Source: Eledone cirrhosa (Eukaryota). Taken from it: DNA of 64,000 nt. Each line of letters opens with the position of its first letter. Position 1 is the first letter of the stretch. The translations under genes and the position numbers were made by a program. Location of the stretch: NCBI GenBank assembly GCA_964016885.1, contig OZ024749.1:4650001-4714000 (forward strand), read 5' to 3'. Under the pieces are notes generated by a model. That model had not been told where the DNA came from. It did not search any database and saw only the letters and a program-made list of their open reading frames with translations. Below are positions 43,450 through 59,300 of the stretch, in pieces.

Positions 43450-44491
43450 TAAACGGAAAAATAAATGCTGACAATTTGTTCACAGTGAAAAATAGTTTAA
43501 TTAGGAATAAGTGGGAATTAGTAATAGTATTAGTTAGTATTCAGTTTTGGTTTTAAGTTTTACCGGTTGCGCATTTCTAAAGCTTTTCAAAAATAATTTT
43601 GAGATAGAGCGTCCGTGATGTTTGCTCTAATCTGATTAGTTTTGGAAATTCTACCTGTTTTTATGTTTAAAAAGTGGCTCCAGCGGTATTAAAATAAGTT
43701 TTGAGCCAATTCGTGTTGCAAAAATTCTTGTGGTCAAAACAATTTTGATTGGTCGGTAGAGATCATGGGAATGTTAAAAATTAATTTTGCGCCAAATGTA
43801 GGTTTGTGTCGGCTGATTGAGAAGTCACTGAAAAATAAGTCTTTCAAAACAAATATGTGTGTGTGTGTGTGTGTGTGTAGTAGTAGTAGTAAAGAGGTTC
43901 GTTGTTGTGATAATGGTCAGCAGGGATGTGTGTGCGAACCGCAGCCTGTTGACAGTTCAAATGCCTATTAAGACAAGTGTGTGTGTGTGTGTGTGTGTAG
44001 CAGAGTAATTCGTGGTAGAGGGATGGTCAGTAGGAATGTGTCTGTAAGTGTGTGCGGGATATTTTAACATGTTAATATATATTTTTCAGCTCTTGTCTTA
44101 TACGGAGAAGTGTGTGTGTTTGTGTGTGTTTGTGTGTGTGTGTGCGTGTGTGTGTGTATATATATATGCCTCTTTGTATGTTAATGTACGCGTGTGTATG
44201 GGTGTGTGTATATATGTGCGTGTGTGCGCATACACGTGTGTGTGTGTGTGAGAGAATGTGTGTGTATGTGTGGGTGGACCAGTAATTATGTTTGTGATAC
44301 TGGTGAAATGGTGTACAGTATTCGATATTTTCAGTAAAATCGATTCTCTCTATAGAACATCAAAAACTTTAATAATAAAAGGTGTGAAATGATATATAGT
44401 ATTGGCATAATACCAAGGTGTGTGTGAGTGTCCAGATTGTACGTACTGCAAGGGGGATCCATTAGGCCTATATATATATATATATATATAA

Positions 44492-44676
44492 TAGAGAAAA
44501 AGGTTTCAACAGGTCTAGAACGGTTTCATTCGGGAGAAATCATCAGGAACCTTCCTGATGATTTCTCCCGAATGAAACCGTTCTAGTCCCGTAGAAGCCT
44601 TTTCTATACTAAATATTCATACTCTGCTTTGTATTGAGTACCTTACTCACTGTGGACCCCTGATTAAACCCTGGAT

Positions 44677-44682
<6 letters not shown>
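44492..44682. mobile_element. Fold-back pLTR (family Q relative) with back-to-back hammerheads
   Basis: 44495-44549 pairs with 44552-44605; the unique tail to 44682 resembles 59521-59590. Flanked by (TA)n. Confidence 0.8.
44551..44597 (+). ncRNA. Type-I hammerhead ribozyme (mirror copy on - strand at 44503-44549)
   Basis: CUUC-CUGAUGA-uUUC(uccc)GAAu-GAAACCG(uucuaguc)CCGUA^GAAG. Stem I CUUC/GAAG covaries relative to AGAUUU/GAAUCU at 59457. Confidence 0.72.
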
Positions 44683-44707
<25 letters not shown>

Positions 44708-45362
44708 AGTTAATAAAAATAATGAATAAAAACAAAGAAACAGTTCCTTATATTAACAAATTCATCATTTTACAATCGTTTCTAGGATATATATGTTTGT
44801 GTTGGTATGTATATCATATAGATCTATGTAAAATGTTTACAAACTATCAGAGGGAATATACATACCTACACATATATATGCTGTCTTCAGAAATATATAT
44901 ATATATATATCAAAGGTATATATTGAGTTAGAAACTCAAAATAGTCTCTTACAATAAAATAGCTCTAGGAAAGAGATTTTTCTGAGCCGTGTATTATAAC
45001 GGAATATAAAAGAAAAACGAAGACAGATATATACATATATGTGTTCAAATCGTAAGGGACCAGATTCGCTAAGGTGAAAATAATACCAACTATAGACAAT
45101 AGGGTTTGCAAGACTCAATTTAAGAAGAAATCAAGAAAGTAAATACAAACCAGAATTGTGGTAACTACCAATCACACAGACAGCTTTGATAATGGTGTTT
45201 CGCAAAATTAATTGTGAAGAGGAATAACAATTCCTACTCATCAGTGGGTGAAGAATTATTAGTATCGTGGTCACTTCTAAGCATATTAAAAAACTGAATA
45301 GTGTGCGTACGATTTGAACACATATATGTATATATCTGTGTTCGTTTTTCTTTTATATTCAG

Positions 45363-45410
<48 letters not shown>

Positions 45411-46044
45411 GGTAATAAATATTACAAAACAAACACAGGAATGCAAAATACGCAGTTATCAAAAGGAATCCCAACTCAAAAGGAAGGATTCTGTTCTAAG
45501 CTTGGCAGGGGTGAATCAGATATTGGATTATATTTCCCTTTCGGTAAAATGTTCACTGTTTCCTAATGATGACTTCTGAGCAAAGCACAAGGTCAATAAA
45601 TTTCAAAGGAAAGGCGTGAACGATGCAACTGTGTGGACACGGTATATAGTTAAGTATTTATTTTATTGATCTTGGATAGATGAAATGCTAGGGTTTATAC
45701 ACATGGACACGGTATGTAGTTAAGTATTTATTTCATCGGTCTCTGATAGATGAAAGGCTAAGATTTATACAGAGGAAATGAAAGAACGTAATTAAATAAT
45801 AGTGCAAGACAAAAGAAATCTCAGTGCCCTACTCTACTATTTCTCCTTCTTCCTCTTCTACCGCCCTTATTGTTGTTGTTATTGTCATTATTATTATTGT
45901 TGCTATCAAGATAATTACATGATAATTACACTTCAAAGCATTACTTATTAGAAATGTTCCTGTAGTTATCGATGTCTGTCCGTAAATTAGCCATATGAAG
46001 AAGAAATGATCGAAAACAACCCATAATCAACTATTTTCTATCAC

Positions 46045-47285
<1,241 letters not shown>

Positions 47286-47291
47286 AATGGT

Positions 47292-47457
47292 ATGACCCCG
47301 ACGGCAGAGCTCAAGGCCTTTCGACGGCTATTTCTGAACTAAATTCGTCGAAACGTCTTGAGCTCTGCCGTCGGGATCTTACTTTTTCCTATTTCCCACT
47401 CTACTACCCTAAGTATTGAGTACTCTGGTGCGTTATGGTCCATCTGGTTCCTTACCT
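47292..47457 (+). mobile_element. Fold-back palindromic pLTR element (family P), diverged
   Basis: gaccccgacggcagagctcaag..tttcgacg / cgtcgaaacgtcttgagctctgccgtcggga, plus the same tail as 18200-18270. Confidence 0.75.
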
Positions 47458-47469
47458 CAATTTATTTGT

Positions 47470-47713
47470 TACATATATATATATATATACATATATATAC
47501 ATATATATATATGTATATATATATACATACATATATATACATATTATATATATACATATATATATATACATATATATATGAATACATATACATAAGTATA
47601 TATATATATATATATACATATATACATATATATATATATACATATATACATATATATATATATATACATATATACACATATATGTATACGTATATATAAA
47701 TATATATACACAC

Positions 47714-47745
<32 letters not shown>

Positions 47746-47792
47746 TGTTATACTTTGTGGTGCCAATAATTCAGAAACGATATATATATATA

Positions 47793-47874
<82 letters not shown>

Positions 47875-47875
47875 T
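47470..47875. repeat. Compound (TA)n/CATA microsatellite
   Basis: Direct reading. Confidence 0.95.
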
Positions 47876-48130
47876 GAGTGAGAGAAAGAAAGGGTAGAAT
47901 AAAACAAATAGTTATGTTCTACAACGTTTCTGTATGGGAATATCCTATAGCACAACATTAGTTTGTTCAGTTCAAACTCTATAACTTGCTTAATTATCAT
48001 TTCGCATATTTGTTGTTCGTTTTCTTTTCATTAAATTATGTTTTGTTATCATATTATATATGTTATGTAATATATGTTGTGTAATACAAAACATCTCTGA
48101 GTCGTGAAACTATTGCACTACAACTACCTC

Positions 48131-48335
48131 TATGTATGTCTGTATGTGTGTATGTATGTATGTATGTATGTATGTATGTATGTATGTATGTATGTATGTA
48201 TGTATGTAGGTATGCATGTATGTAGGTGTGTGTGTATGTATGTATGCATGTATGTATATATGTATGAATGTATGTATATATGTATGAATGTATGTATGTA
48301 TATATGAATGGATGTATGTATGTATGAATGTATGC
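48131..48335. repeat. (TATG)n microsatellite
   Basis: Direct reading. Confidence 0.95.
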
Positions 48336-48544
48336 AAGTATGTTCTGGTTTTATAATTTAAAAAAATGTTTACCAATAGAGAGAGAGTCGGTTTCTAACA
48401 TAGACACAAGACTCTCTCATTGGAATTTACACAACATCAACTATGTAGATTATATATGCATGCATGCATGTGTAGAGATGGATGTTATGTTTTGAGTTGT
48501 ATGTGTGCATGTGCTTTATATCTGTACATGTGCATATGCAGTTA

Positions 48545-50850
48545 TTAGATGCAACGTTTTTGGAATGTTTTACATATTTTTACTGTTCCATTAATGGATT
48601 GTACTTGTAATTTCCTAACTAGTTGTGTGTGAAGCCTAGCTTCTCATGATTTGCATTGCGTCAGTTACTTACATATCCCAGTGCCCCAATAATCTCAGGC
48701 ATAAATCTGAAGGTGTAATGAGGGTGCAGTATCTGCAGATTTCTCATCAGTTCTGCATAAATATTCTCCTTTTCGCTAATCTTTGATATTATATTGGCAT
48801 CTGCTGGGCGGGTAATTTCCACTACTGTGCATGCTTTCTTCTCCCTGTCCCATATCGTAATATCTGGTCTGTTATACCTGCATTTTATTGGGGTTTTTAC
48901 TGGAACATCCCACCAGTACTCTTTCATAGTATGTACATGGATGTCTTCCACATTGCTGTAGCTTTTAATGTGTTTATTATCGGGGATATCCTTTTTACGG
49001 TCTGCATTATACAGGGTTCTAGCTACTACATCATGCTTTATAGGTAGATAGTACCACGATGACATCTTTGGACAGCTGCTGATGACATGGGTGATATCCT
49101 CGATGATAGTTCTGCAGACTCTGCACTTGTTATCACATCTAGGTGTTTTGCCTGCATCCCTATCTCTTTTGTGAATCAGGTATTTCGTGCTAATCTCCTG
49201 TTCTTGGATTGCAAAAGCGTATCCATCAAAGTGGGGCCCAATAGAGCGGTTGTTGGTCCAAGATAAGCATGCAGTTTTTCATCCATGGATTCACTGCGAT
49301 ACTGCTGAGCGACTTCCCTGGCTGTGAGTTTTTGATTATCACACAGGGAATATCTCTCGAGGAGTTCGTTCACAACTCTCATGATCTTATCAGTTTCATG
49401 CAGATAGACTTGCACGAGAGACGGGCTCCTACGCTTCGAGGTTTGTAGATGTTGTCGGAACGATATGATGCGACATCCAAATGCTGTCTGGACTGATGTT
49501 AGGCCTCTGCCTCCCTGCTTACGTTTCAAGTAAAGGCGGTCTATGTCACTGATGATGTGGATGTTTCCGGTGTTGTTTAGTATTTTTCGAGTTCCAACAT
49601 CAACTGCTCGGATTTCGTCTATCGTCTAATTGAGTATTCCAAACGTTTTTGTTAGCACAGGCATAGCAAACATTGTGAGCCACTGTTTTCTTTTGCGCAG
49701 AGAGTTCCGACAACCAAATCTTTCTTAATCTGGTGTAGTATTTCTTGGTCCCGCGTTCCTTATTACAGATACCATTATAGGATATGTTCTCATCTATCCC
49801 CAGGTATCTGTAGCAGTCCTCATCAGATATCGGTGAAACAGTTAGGCCATTGATGACAATGTTGCTACAATGGGTTGTTGTTTTCCCAGCTTTACAGTCA
49901 TGTATGAGCATTTATCTTGGCCGAACTCCATTCCTATATCCTTTGAGAACGTTGTAACAGGTCAAGATTTTTCTTCATCCCATCCATGTTCTTGGCATAG
50001 AGTTTCAGATCGTCCACAAAGAAATTATGGGTTAGGTTCGTATTTCTGTCCTCCTGTGAGCCAATGATGTATCCCTCACATTTCTTGACCAGAAAGGACA
50101 AGGGGTTTAATGACAAGATGAATAATATCACAGAGAGACTGTCTCCATGAAATATACCCCTGCGATATTTTATTTTATCGGTGAAAATAGAGTCCTCCCT
50201 CTCTGTCTTTAACCTTAGGATAGTAGCCCAAGAAGAAGACAGCCTCTCTATGGCTCTGACAATAATGTCTGGGACTTTAGCATGTTGGAGGGCCTCTATC
50301 ATGCAAGAGTGGGGAACAGAATCGAAAGCTTTCCTGTAGTCCAACCAGACTGTAGTCATATTCCTCCTAAGTTATCGTACCTCCGACATCGCAGTTTTGT
50401 TGATTAGGAGTTGTTCAGCACATCCCCAAACCCCTTTCTTTCCAGCTGCCTGTTCATCTGTGATGATTTTATTATTTTCACAGTGATCGTGGAGGAATAG
50501 GTTCTGTATACATCTTATACATCATGTTCTGGCATGCAATGGGTCGGTAGTTTTTTGTTAAGTGGGTGTCTTTGTTCTTGAGGACCAGTAATGTTTGTGC
50601 TAATGTCCACCATTCTGGTATAAGTGTATCTCCTTTAAGTACTTGTTGGTAGAGGTCAGTAAGATACCTCCAATATAATATCAGTTTCTTTGTACCAGTA
50701 GCCGACAATCATGTGTGTTCCTGGTGTTTTCTTATCTTAGAGTTTTCCTATCACAGTCTCAATGGTAACCTCACTTATTTCGTATGTTTTTGTTGTAGTG
50801 TAGGAGAAATAGTTCTTTGGGATTTTACTTAGCCACACTGCTATCATCAA
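48545..50850 (-). mobile_element. R4/Dong-clade non-LTR retrotransposon (RT + CCHC + restriction-like endonuclease), decayed
   Basis: KNYRPIAC, EQAAGKKGVWGCAEQLLIN, WLDYRKAFDSVPH, RGIFHGDSLS..LF, FFVDDLKLYA, YRYLG, GGRGL, CRVCRTIIEDITHVISSC, KHDVVAR and RPDITIWD...VVEIT. Confidence 0.92.
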
Positions 50851-51509
50851 GATAATGCTTCACTTTAGTTGGATATCTCTAAGAATTCGAATAAAAGGTG
50901 TCTTCAGAAGATATAGTTAGAAGAATAACCAGTTATTCAACATGACTGTAGTTGTGGCATTACTGTCGGAGATAGAATTCATCTTAAATTTAATAAATAG
51001 TCTGCCACGCCAAAATATGTGACTGATCGTGTTGACTGTATATGTATGTATGTGTGGGTGTATGTAAGTATGTATATATATATGTGTATGTATGTATGTA
51101 TGTATGTATCGAACGATGTAGACCAGTTCTTCTTTTGGGTAAATGTATTCGATGTTCAGAGAGTGGGATTGGCCCCGTCAAAGGCTTTCCTCACTTAAAA
51201 CAGATTCAAGCACAGACATCGCTTGATTTGGGACATTTGTTTAGTGATATAAGGTATTAATGGCCATAGACAAGTCCATGCCTGGACTAAAAAGCCACAT
51301 CCGTGATGTTCATGCTTAAGTATCAATTGATGCCATGACTCGAAATCGAGTTACAGCCTTCATGTAGGAATGTACTGCGAACATGTTCGGGTCGCCTTTG
51401 ACTACACCGGCAGGCGCTTGCTGAGGAGGACCATTTTGGATACCTTGCGGAATGAAAAACAAGGGAGGGGAAGCCAGATGAGACGACGGCCATGCAATAT
51501 ATATATATA

Positions 51510-52108
51510 TGGTGGCTGCCAACGCGTTTTCGAGTACGGCCACTACTTTATATCCATGTAGGAGAACTTCTACTGATGCGCTGAACGAGTGTGACTTTTT
51601 AATCCAGCCAACGACTTGAAAACTCTGGTACAAACACTACATTTGTGACAATTACTGACACATAGTATTGGGCCCATGGTACCATGTGACGGCAAGTGCA
51701 GAGAGATCTCAAGATATAAAGCAATGCCTGTGCCGTGAAGCTTTTATAGTGAGCAAAGGCACTGCACAAAGCCAGTCCCACTCTCTTAACTAAGATGATA
51801 TTTACCAAAAAGAAGAACAAGTGAACACCATTGGATACCATCAGAGTTGCAGGTGTTATATCAGTTTTCCTTCTCCTAGAATTCTGCCTTGACAAAGGCT
51901 AAGGGGTCATCTCTCCCGGTGATTTTGGATGGCCATTGACTCTTAAGCGCTCCTTTGCCTTTGGACAGGTTTTGTTTTTAGTCCTGCAGGATGTCCAAAG
52001 TCACCCTCCTCACCAAGAGACCTTGGCGGGGTTGCCAGTTTAGTCGCCAACTGAGTGGGAGTGGTTGTACTGGAATACATGTTACCAGTAGCACCAACTG
52101 GTGACCTG

Positions 52109-52110
<2 letters not shown>
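51510..52110 (-). mobile_element. Family A bipartite RTE-derived retroposon, near full length
   Basis: Reverse complement of 17290-17899 with a small internal difference near the 5' end. Confidence 0.87.
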
Positions 52111-52167
<57 letters not shown>

Positions 52168-52208
52168 AATATACATAGATATATATTTATATATATATAT
52201 CTATCTAT

Positions 52209-52365
52209 CTAAGGCGAGTAAAATTCCCGAGATCCATGGACGAGTTCTCCCCAGCGGTCTCTGTCCCTCATTATCGCTGCCATATCCTGCATCTCCAACA
52301 GACCAGTGTCTGTCCTTAGGGCATCAACATATGTTAACCTTGGTCTTCCTCTTCTAGTGTGTCCA
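52209..52365 (-). mobile_element. RTE-type LINE 3' end
   Basis: [21 protein letters not shown]...MRDRDRW; sister of 23340-23632. Confidence 0.85.
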
Positions 52366-52390
52366 TATATACACACATAAATATACATAC

Positions 52391-52465
<75 letters not shown>

Positions 52466-52925
52466 AATATACATACATAATACATATATATATATATATG
52501 TATATGAATGAATATGTATGTATATTTATGTCTGTGTGTATTTGTGTGTGTGTGTGTGTGAATGTATGTATATGTATTTAGATGACGTTGTCAAGCTGGT
52601 TCCTAACGAAAAGCTATTTATGAAATGCTGTCGCTATCTAAATGCATGTCTAAACATACCTGTGTGCTAATACATCCCTTATTTGACATGTCTTCAGGAG
52701 GTCAACGTCAGAGTATATAAGATTACACGTGAATTGGCGCCGACATGACCTCTATATTTTGCACGTCGAATGAAGATCTAATGTCTATTTTTTCTGTAGT
52801 TTTATTTCCATAGACACACAACTACATATACACAAAGGCCCTATATATGGTGCGTCAGGTTTTTGTGTATATACGGATATATGTATCAATTCCCACAGAA
52901 GTCTGCTAATATATATATGCGAGTT

Positions 52926-52978
<53 letters not shown>

Positions 52979-53090
52979 AGCGTGTATATATGTATGTATG
53001 TATATGCGTGTATCTGTATATGTGTCTGTGTGTGTCTGTATGTGTGTGTGTGTCTGTATATATATATATATATGTGTGTATGTATGTATA

Positions 53091-53144
<54 letters not shown>

Positions 53145-54770
53145 TTTATACATATATTATATATATATAAATATATATATATATGAATTAATAACATTAT
53201 GTTTCAGTATATGAATATACATCCATATACATGTGTATGTATGGGTGCGTGTGTGTGTTTTCCTTATCAATTCTTACATTTCAATAAATCAAAAGCCGAT
53301 ATATAAGGAATCAATCGTTAGCTATAACAAACCTTAGAGCCTGGAGTGGCAATATGGGTAATATATTGTTTATTATCTTAATAGAAAATTGTTGCCAACC
53401 TACCTTATCTAAGTTACATTTATCTCTATCTGTAGACATATTAAGCTAGATATTCACATTCCAGAGTAAATAAGGGTTTTCCACCTTTTCAGCACTAACG
53501 TCACTTTGTTATATCTCCCATACAAGCGTTGAGATATACTCAAGTTAAAATGGCGATATATCACTATTCTTTTTGGAGATTATTTAAATGTGTTGTTTTA
53601 TATATTTTGTATATTTTTACTCTCGGTTTTTTCCCTTTATTTCTTTTTTTAGGTATTTTCTTTCTGTTCCACTCTTGCTACTGTGAATTGTTTTATTAAA
53701 ATTGAATTGGAAATGGATGATATATTGAGGTGAAACAATTTTGAGATATTTTTGTTTTAATGTAATATAACGTAATATATCGGATGCAGAATTGAATAAG
53801 TGTGTATTATACACTGCTTTACCGATAATATTAGGTGATTTTCTTTCTTCGATCGGTAACGCCGCAGTAGCTGCTGGAATACGGTTTTTATGTACTATGG
53901 TGTGCAAACCACTTGAGCCAAGCTAGGAAAACATTTCCTGGCCGTATTTCAAATAAATATATTCCATTCCAAAGGATTATTGAAGAGGTTTGAGGGTTTC
54001 ATAAAATATAATGTGCTATTCATATTATATTATGTTGGAATAATTGATTCAAGTAGGAACTCTTTAAAAAGAACATGTCTGGTTCATAGGCTCAGAGCTG
54101 GTTTTGGTCAAGTTGTTATTAAATAGATTCCAATATTTATTAGCCATATGAAGTAGATACTTGGGCAGACCAAGGCAAATTAATTCACAGATAATGTATC
54201 TTAATGAACACCAGGGCAGGACCAAGTCCGTTTACGTTCAAAACCAAAAGCCATAAATTTTCACTTAGCATTCGAAGGTTTGATACTTGAATGAAGCCGT
54301 ATATATCAATAACTACCTTGACCAGAGTCACTTTCCGTCAGAGTCCTCACAAAATACTAGCAACTGGCGTGTGCAATAAGATAAAAGAGCAAATCGAAAG
54401 TAAGATATATACATAACGAATTAAGACCAGATGCACTAAAGCGAGAAGGTGTAATTTTCATTTTCAAATTGTTGTATTAGTATATGGCAATAAATATTAC
54501 AAATAACATGGTGTATGCTGAACCAGATCATGTTTCCGACTGAATGAAAAGTTTTGTGAATCGTCAACGTCCGATACGTTAGAAGATCTATTTATGACCA
54601 TTCCCCAGACTTGGTATTTTTGTTCATCTTTGTTCCTCTTGTTATTCCTGAACGATATATATTCATTGTATATTTCTGGAAGCTCATTCCAAAGTATAAC
54701 AATATCTGATTCAACACAAATTTTCAGGTAAGGAATATTGGAAAACATAAATACAAAAGAGAAGTATTTC

Positions 54771-54808
<38 letters not shown>

Positions 54809-55149
54809 TATTGAAGTTTGCTTGAAGCATTGTGGAATAATAAGTAAATATATTTAAGTCGTTTGGAAGCCTCAACAATTCATATGGGTAAATCTCCGGG
54901 TAACTTGATCCGGTGGTGGAGAGAGGGATGTAAGTGGGTGTACGTTGAGATGCGTGGTGTGTATGAGATGTGTAGAAGAATGAAGGAAAGAGTATAAAGG
55001 ATAAAATAAAAATAACAACACGAGAGAGAGTTACCTTGGGAGAGATTTAATAGTCCCTATATATTTCGGATTCACATCCATCAACTAGGGGTTTTTCCGG
55101 GGTGGGAGAAAGGTTTTCTGTCGGACAGGTGCGAGACGCGTATGCTGAA

Positions 55150-55372
55150 ATTTGGATTGTTCGTTAGAGTCGCAGGTGTCGATGTGTCAATATGTTCACT
55201 CAGTGCTATTTTTTATATATTGATATATTTTATGTTGGGATCTATGAATGGTAGTTCGCTGAAGAAGAATGTTTTCAGTTTGTCCAATGTACTTCTCTCG
55301 ATAGCCTGAGAAGGTAATACATATATCAGGTTTTCTGAGGTGCATGTGAAATTGTTTTTCAGCGTAAAGCGG
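55150..55372 (-). mobile_element. Neptune-type PLE GIY-YIG fragment
   Basis: FTLKNNFTCTSENLIYV / EKYIGQTEN.L.QR...HRSQ / IALSEHI match ORF 1427-1858. Confidence 0.82.
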
Positions 55373-55386
55373 TATATATACACACT

Positions 55387-55464
<78 letters not shown>

Positions 55465-55702
55465 ATGTTTAAGTATCCAGAGAGAGAAAAAAGAAAAGAT
55501 AAGCGATACATATATTTAGTTGCCAATAGGTTGTGCAAATGTGCTCAATACAGGGTTAAATATTAGGAGTGTTAATATTTATTGGGCGAGAAAATAAGTG
55601 GTTACAAAAGAAATTAATACAAAGGAATATATACAGTTATAACGTGTTGTATATAATTGTTATATAAACATGTTTTAACGGTATATACTCTTTGTATTCA
55701 TG

Positions 55703-55773
<71 letters not shown>

Positions 55774-56098
55774 ACCATATAATTACGAATTATTTATTTA
55801 CAGAAACGATTTAAGAGGAAAATAAAATAATAAATATATATATATTTGGCCGAAAAAATTTCATAGCTGCAAATTTTTGCTAAACGAACTTATGGGATCT
55901 AAATTTAACCCTTCCTTTTATCACAGGTATTATAAGTTTACACTGAAAATAACCATTCTTTCCTAGATTAAAATATGATAGATTTTTTTGACGAATATTT
56001 AAATTATTAACTACGTGTTGTTGTTTAACATATGCGCCTACGTTGACGTATAACAGGATTTTAGATTGTACATATGAGTCGGTGTAGATTTGTCTGAT

Positions 56099-56131
<33 letters not shown>

Positions 56132-56160
56132 TTATGAATTTATATATATATATATATATA

Positions 56161-56465
56161 TGGTGGCTGCCAACTCGTTTTCGAGTACGGCCACTAGTTT
56201 ATATCCATGTAGGAGAACCCCTACCGATGCGCTGCACTGTGTGACTTTTTAGTCCAGCCAGCGACTTCAAAACTCTGGTACAAACACTACACTTGTGTCA
56301 ATAATTGTCACATAGTGCTGGGCCCATGGTACCATGTGATGACAAGTGCAGAGAGATCTCCAGATATAAAGTAATGCCTGTGCCGTGAAGCTTTTATAGT
56401 GAGCAAAGGCACTGCACAAAGCCAGTCACACTTTCTTAACCAAGATGATATTTACCAAAAAGAAG

Positions 56466-56470
<5 letters not shown>
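56161..56470 (-). mobile_element. Family A retroposon, 5'-truncated
   Basis: Reverse complement of ~17586-17899; flanked by (TA)n on both sides. Confidence 0.87.
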
Positions 56471-56519
<49 letters not shown>

Positions 56520-56783
56520 ATATAGGCATATACAATTGTCTATGTATGCATATATATATGGATATGTTTGCATGCAGGTAAATTTAGGTGTGTATATATA
56601 CAACCCAATATACATATGAATGCAAGTATATGTAAATATAACTCCGTATGTATGTAAACATGTACACATACGTATTTCTGTGAGTCTGTTACCATCCGAA
56701 TGTATGTTTATGTAAATATACATGCATATACACATGTATATCATCATGTATATATACTCACATACATACTTACATAGATTGTC

Positions 56784-56855
<72 letters not shown>

Positions 56856-57120
56856 GACGATCTACGTAAGTATGTATGTGAGTATATATACATGATGATA
56901 TACATGTGTATATGCATGTATATATAAATGTTGATGTATATATACCTGACAATATAAGTGTGCATGTGTGTTACTATATATATAAATGAGAATATGCGTA
57001 GCATGTATGTTAGTATACATATATATATATATACATGACAATATACGTATGTATGGTATATTGGTATATATATATATATATATATATACATACATGACAA
57101 TATACGTATGTATGTATATT

Positions 57121-57167
<47 letters not shown>

Positions 57168-57641
57168 GACAATATACGTATGTATGTATTTATATATACG
57201 TGACACTATAAGTGCGTATATGTGCATATGTACGATAGAGACAATTATTTAGTTATTTGGTTTTGATTCTATTTTTTATTGATCTATTTATTTATATTTA
57301 TATTACCCGGTCTTTTAAAGCTTTAATGGCATCTGTAAAAGTTTCCACAATTCAGCAGCAAACAAAAAAAAATTGTAATACAAATAATCATTAAAATAAA
57401 ATAAAATAAAATAAAATAAAAATTGATAAATAAAAATTAAAACAAAACCGAAAGAAATTAAAACTTTTAAATAAATCCCCACCTCTAAAAACTACAACAC
57501 CACCTCGTTATATGACAGAAATAGAATCCTCTCTAAATAAGTACGATTAGTGTAATTTTCAACTGTATTTTTATGTTGTTGTTTTTTTTTTGTGTATTGT
57601 TTTCGTTTTTGCAAACATAAAGTCACAATTGGAAACATTCA

Positions 57642-57695
57642 TTTTTTTTTCTTCCGTATTTACGGTCTTTTTCGTTATTTCGTGTATTACTTGTG

Positions 57696-57731
<36 letters not shown>

Positions 57732-57779
57732 AGTAATACGCGAAATAACGAAAAAGAGCGTAAATACGGAAGAAAAAAA
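57642..57779. repeat. Inverted repeat (~52-bp arms) around a (TA)n/(CA)n centre
   Basis: ttttcttccgtatttacggtctttttcgttatttcgtgtattacttgtgt pairs with acacaagtaatacgcgaaataacgaaaaagagcgtaaatacggaagaaaa. Confidence 0.88.
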
Positions 57780-57788
57780 ATATATATT

Positions 57789-57819
<31 letters not shown>

Positions 57820-57887
57820 GTATATATATATATGTATATATATATATATGTATATATGTATATATATATATATATGTATGTATATAC

Positions 57888-57977
<90 letters not shown>

Positions 57978-57989
57978 GTATGTATATAC

Positions 57990-58063
<74 letters not shown>

Positions 58064-58148
58064 ATATATATATATGTATATATATATATGTATATATATA
58101 TATGTATATATATATCTATATGTATATATATATATATATGTATATATC

Positions 58149-58186
<38 letters not shown>

Positions 58187-58246
58187 TGTATATATATGTA
58201 TATATATATGTATATATATATATATGTATATATATATGTATATATC

Positions 58247-58308
<62 letters not shown>

Positions 58309-58318
58309 TATATATATT
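57780..58318. repeat. Compound (TA)n/TATG microsatellite
   Basis: Direct reading. Confidence 0.97.
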
Positions 58319-58754
58319 TGTCTGTTTATATGTATTTCAGTTATTTTATTTACTTGTGCTTCTCTCACTCTCTCTCGCACTCTCTCTCTCACTCTCACTC
58401 TCTCTCTCTCTCTCGCGCACAAATGGTAGGCCGACCTCACGTCCGACTACATTCCTGCTTTCAATTTGCAGTTTCTAAATTAAAATACAATACAGAGTAA
58501 CATCTACTTAACAAAGAAAATTGATTTCAAATGGTTTCTTCGGCTCTACCTTTCTCTATATACATGTGGCGGGGAGTAGTCCTTACATAAGTGTGTGTAC
58601 TTCGTGGTGTAAACGTTTATTTTTCAGCATCTCTATCTCTCTTCGTGTGTTATAAAATGTATATATATATGTATGTATATCTGCGTGCGTGTCTATGTAT
58701 ATAAAATGTATATAATATATATATATATATTATATATATATATGTGTGTGTGTG

Positions 58755-58789
<35 letters not shown>

Positions 58790-58942
58790 ATATATACATA
58801 TAAATAATATGTATATCATATATATATATATATATATATTATATATGTATATAATATGTATAAAATATATATAATGTATATGTATAATATATAAAATATA
58901 TATAATGTATACGTGTGTGTGTCTATATATATCATATGTATA

Positions 58943-58986
<44 letters not shown>

Positions 58987-59300
58987 ATAATATATATATA
59001 TAATATGTATATAATATATACATATATATATAATATGTATATAAGCTATATATATATGTATATTATATATATATATAATATGTATAAAATATATATATGT
59101 ATATAATATATATAATTGTTTCTACATTAGGCACAAGGCCAGCAATTACCCAGTGCATTACTGGTACTTTATTATATATAAAATATATAATGTATATGTT
59201 TAATATATATTATGTATACGTGTGTGTGTCTATGTATATAATATATATATATAATATATATATATATGTGTGTGTGTGTATAACATATATATATATAATA

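Noticed and set aside
45632-45772. Two ~72-bp direct repeats
   Set aside because: A simple tandem duplication of a decayed SINE core; no further structure.
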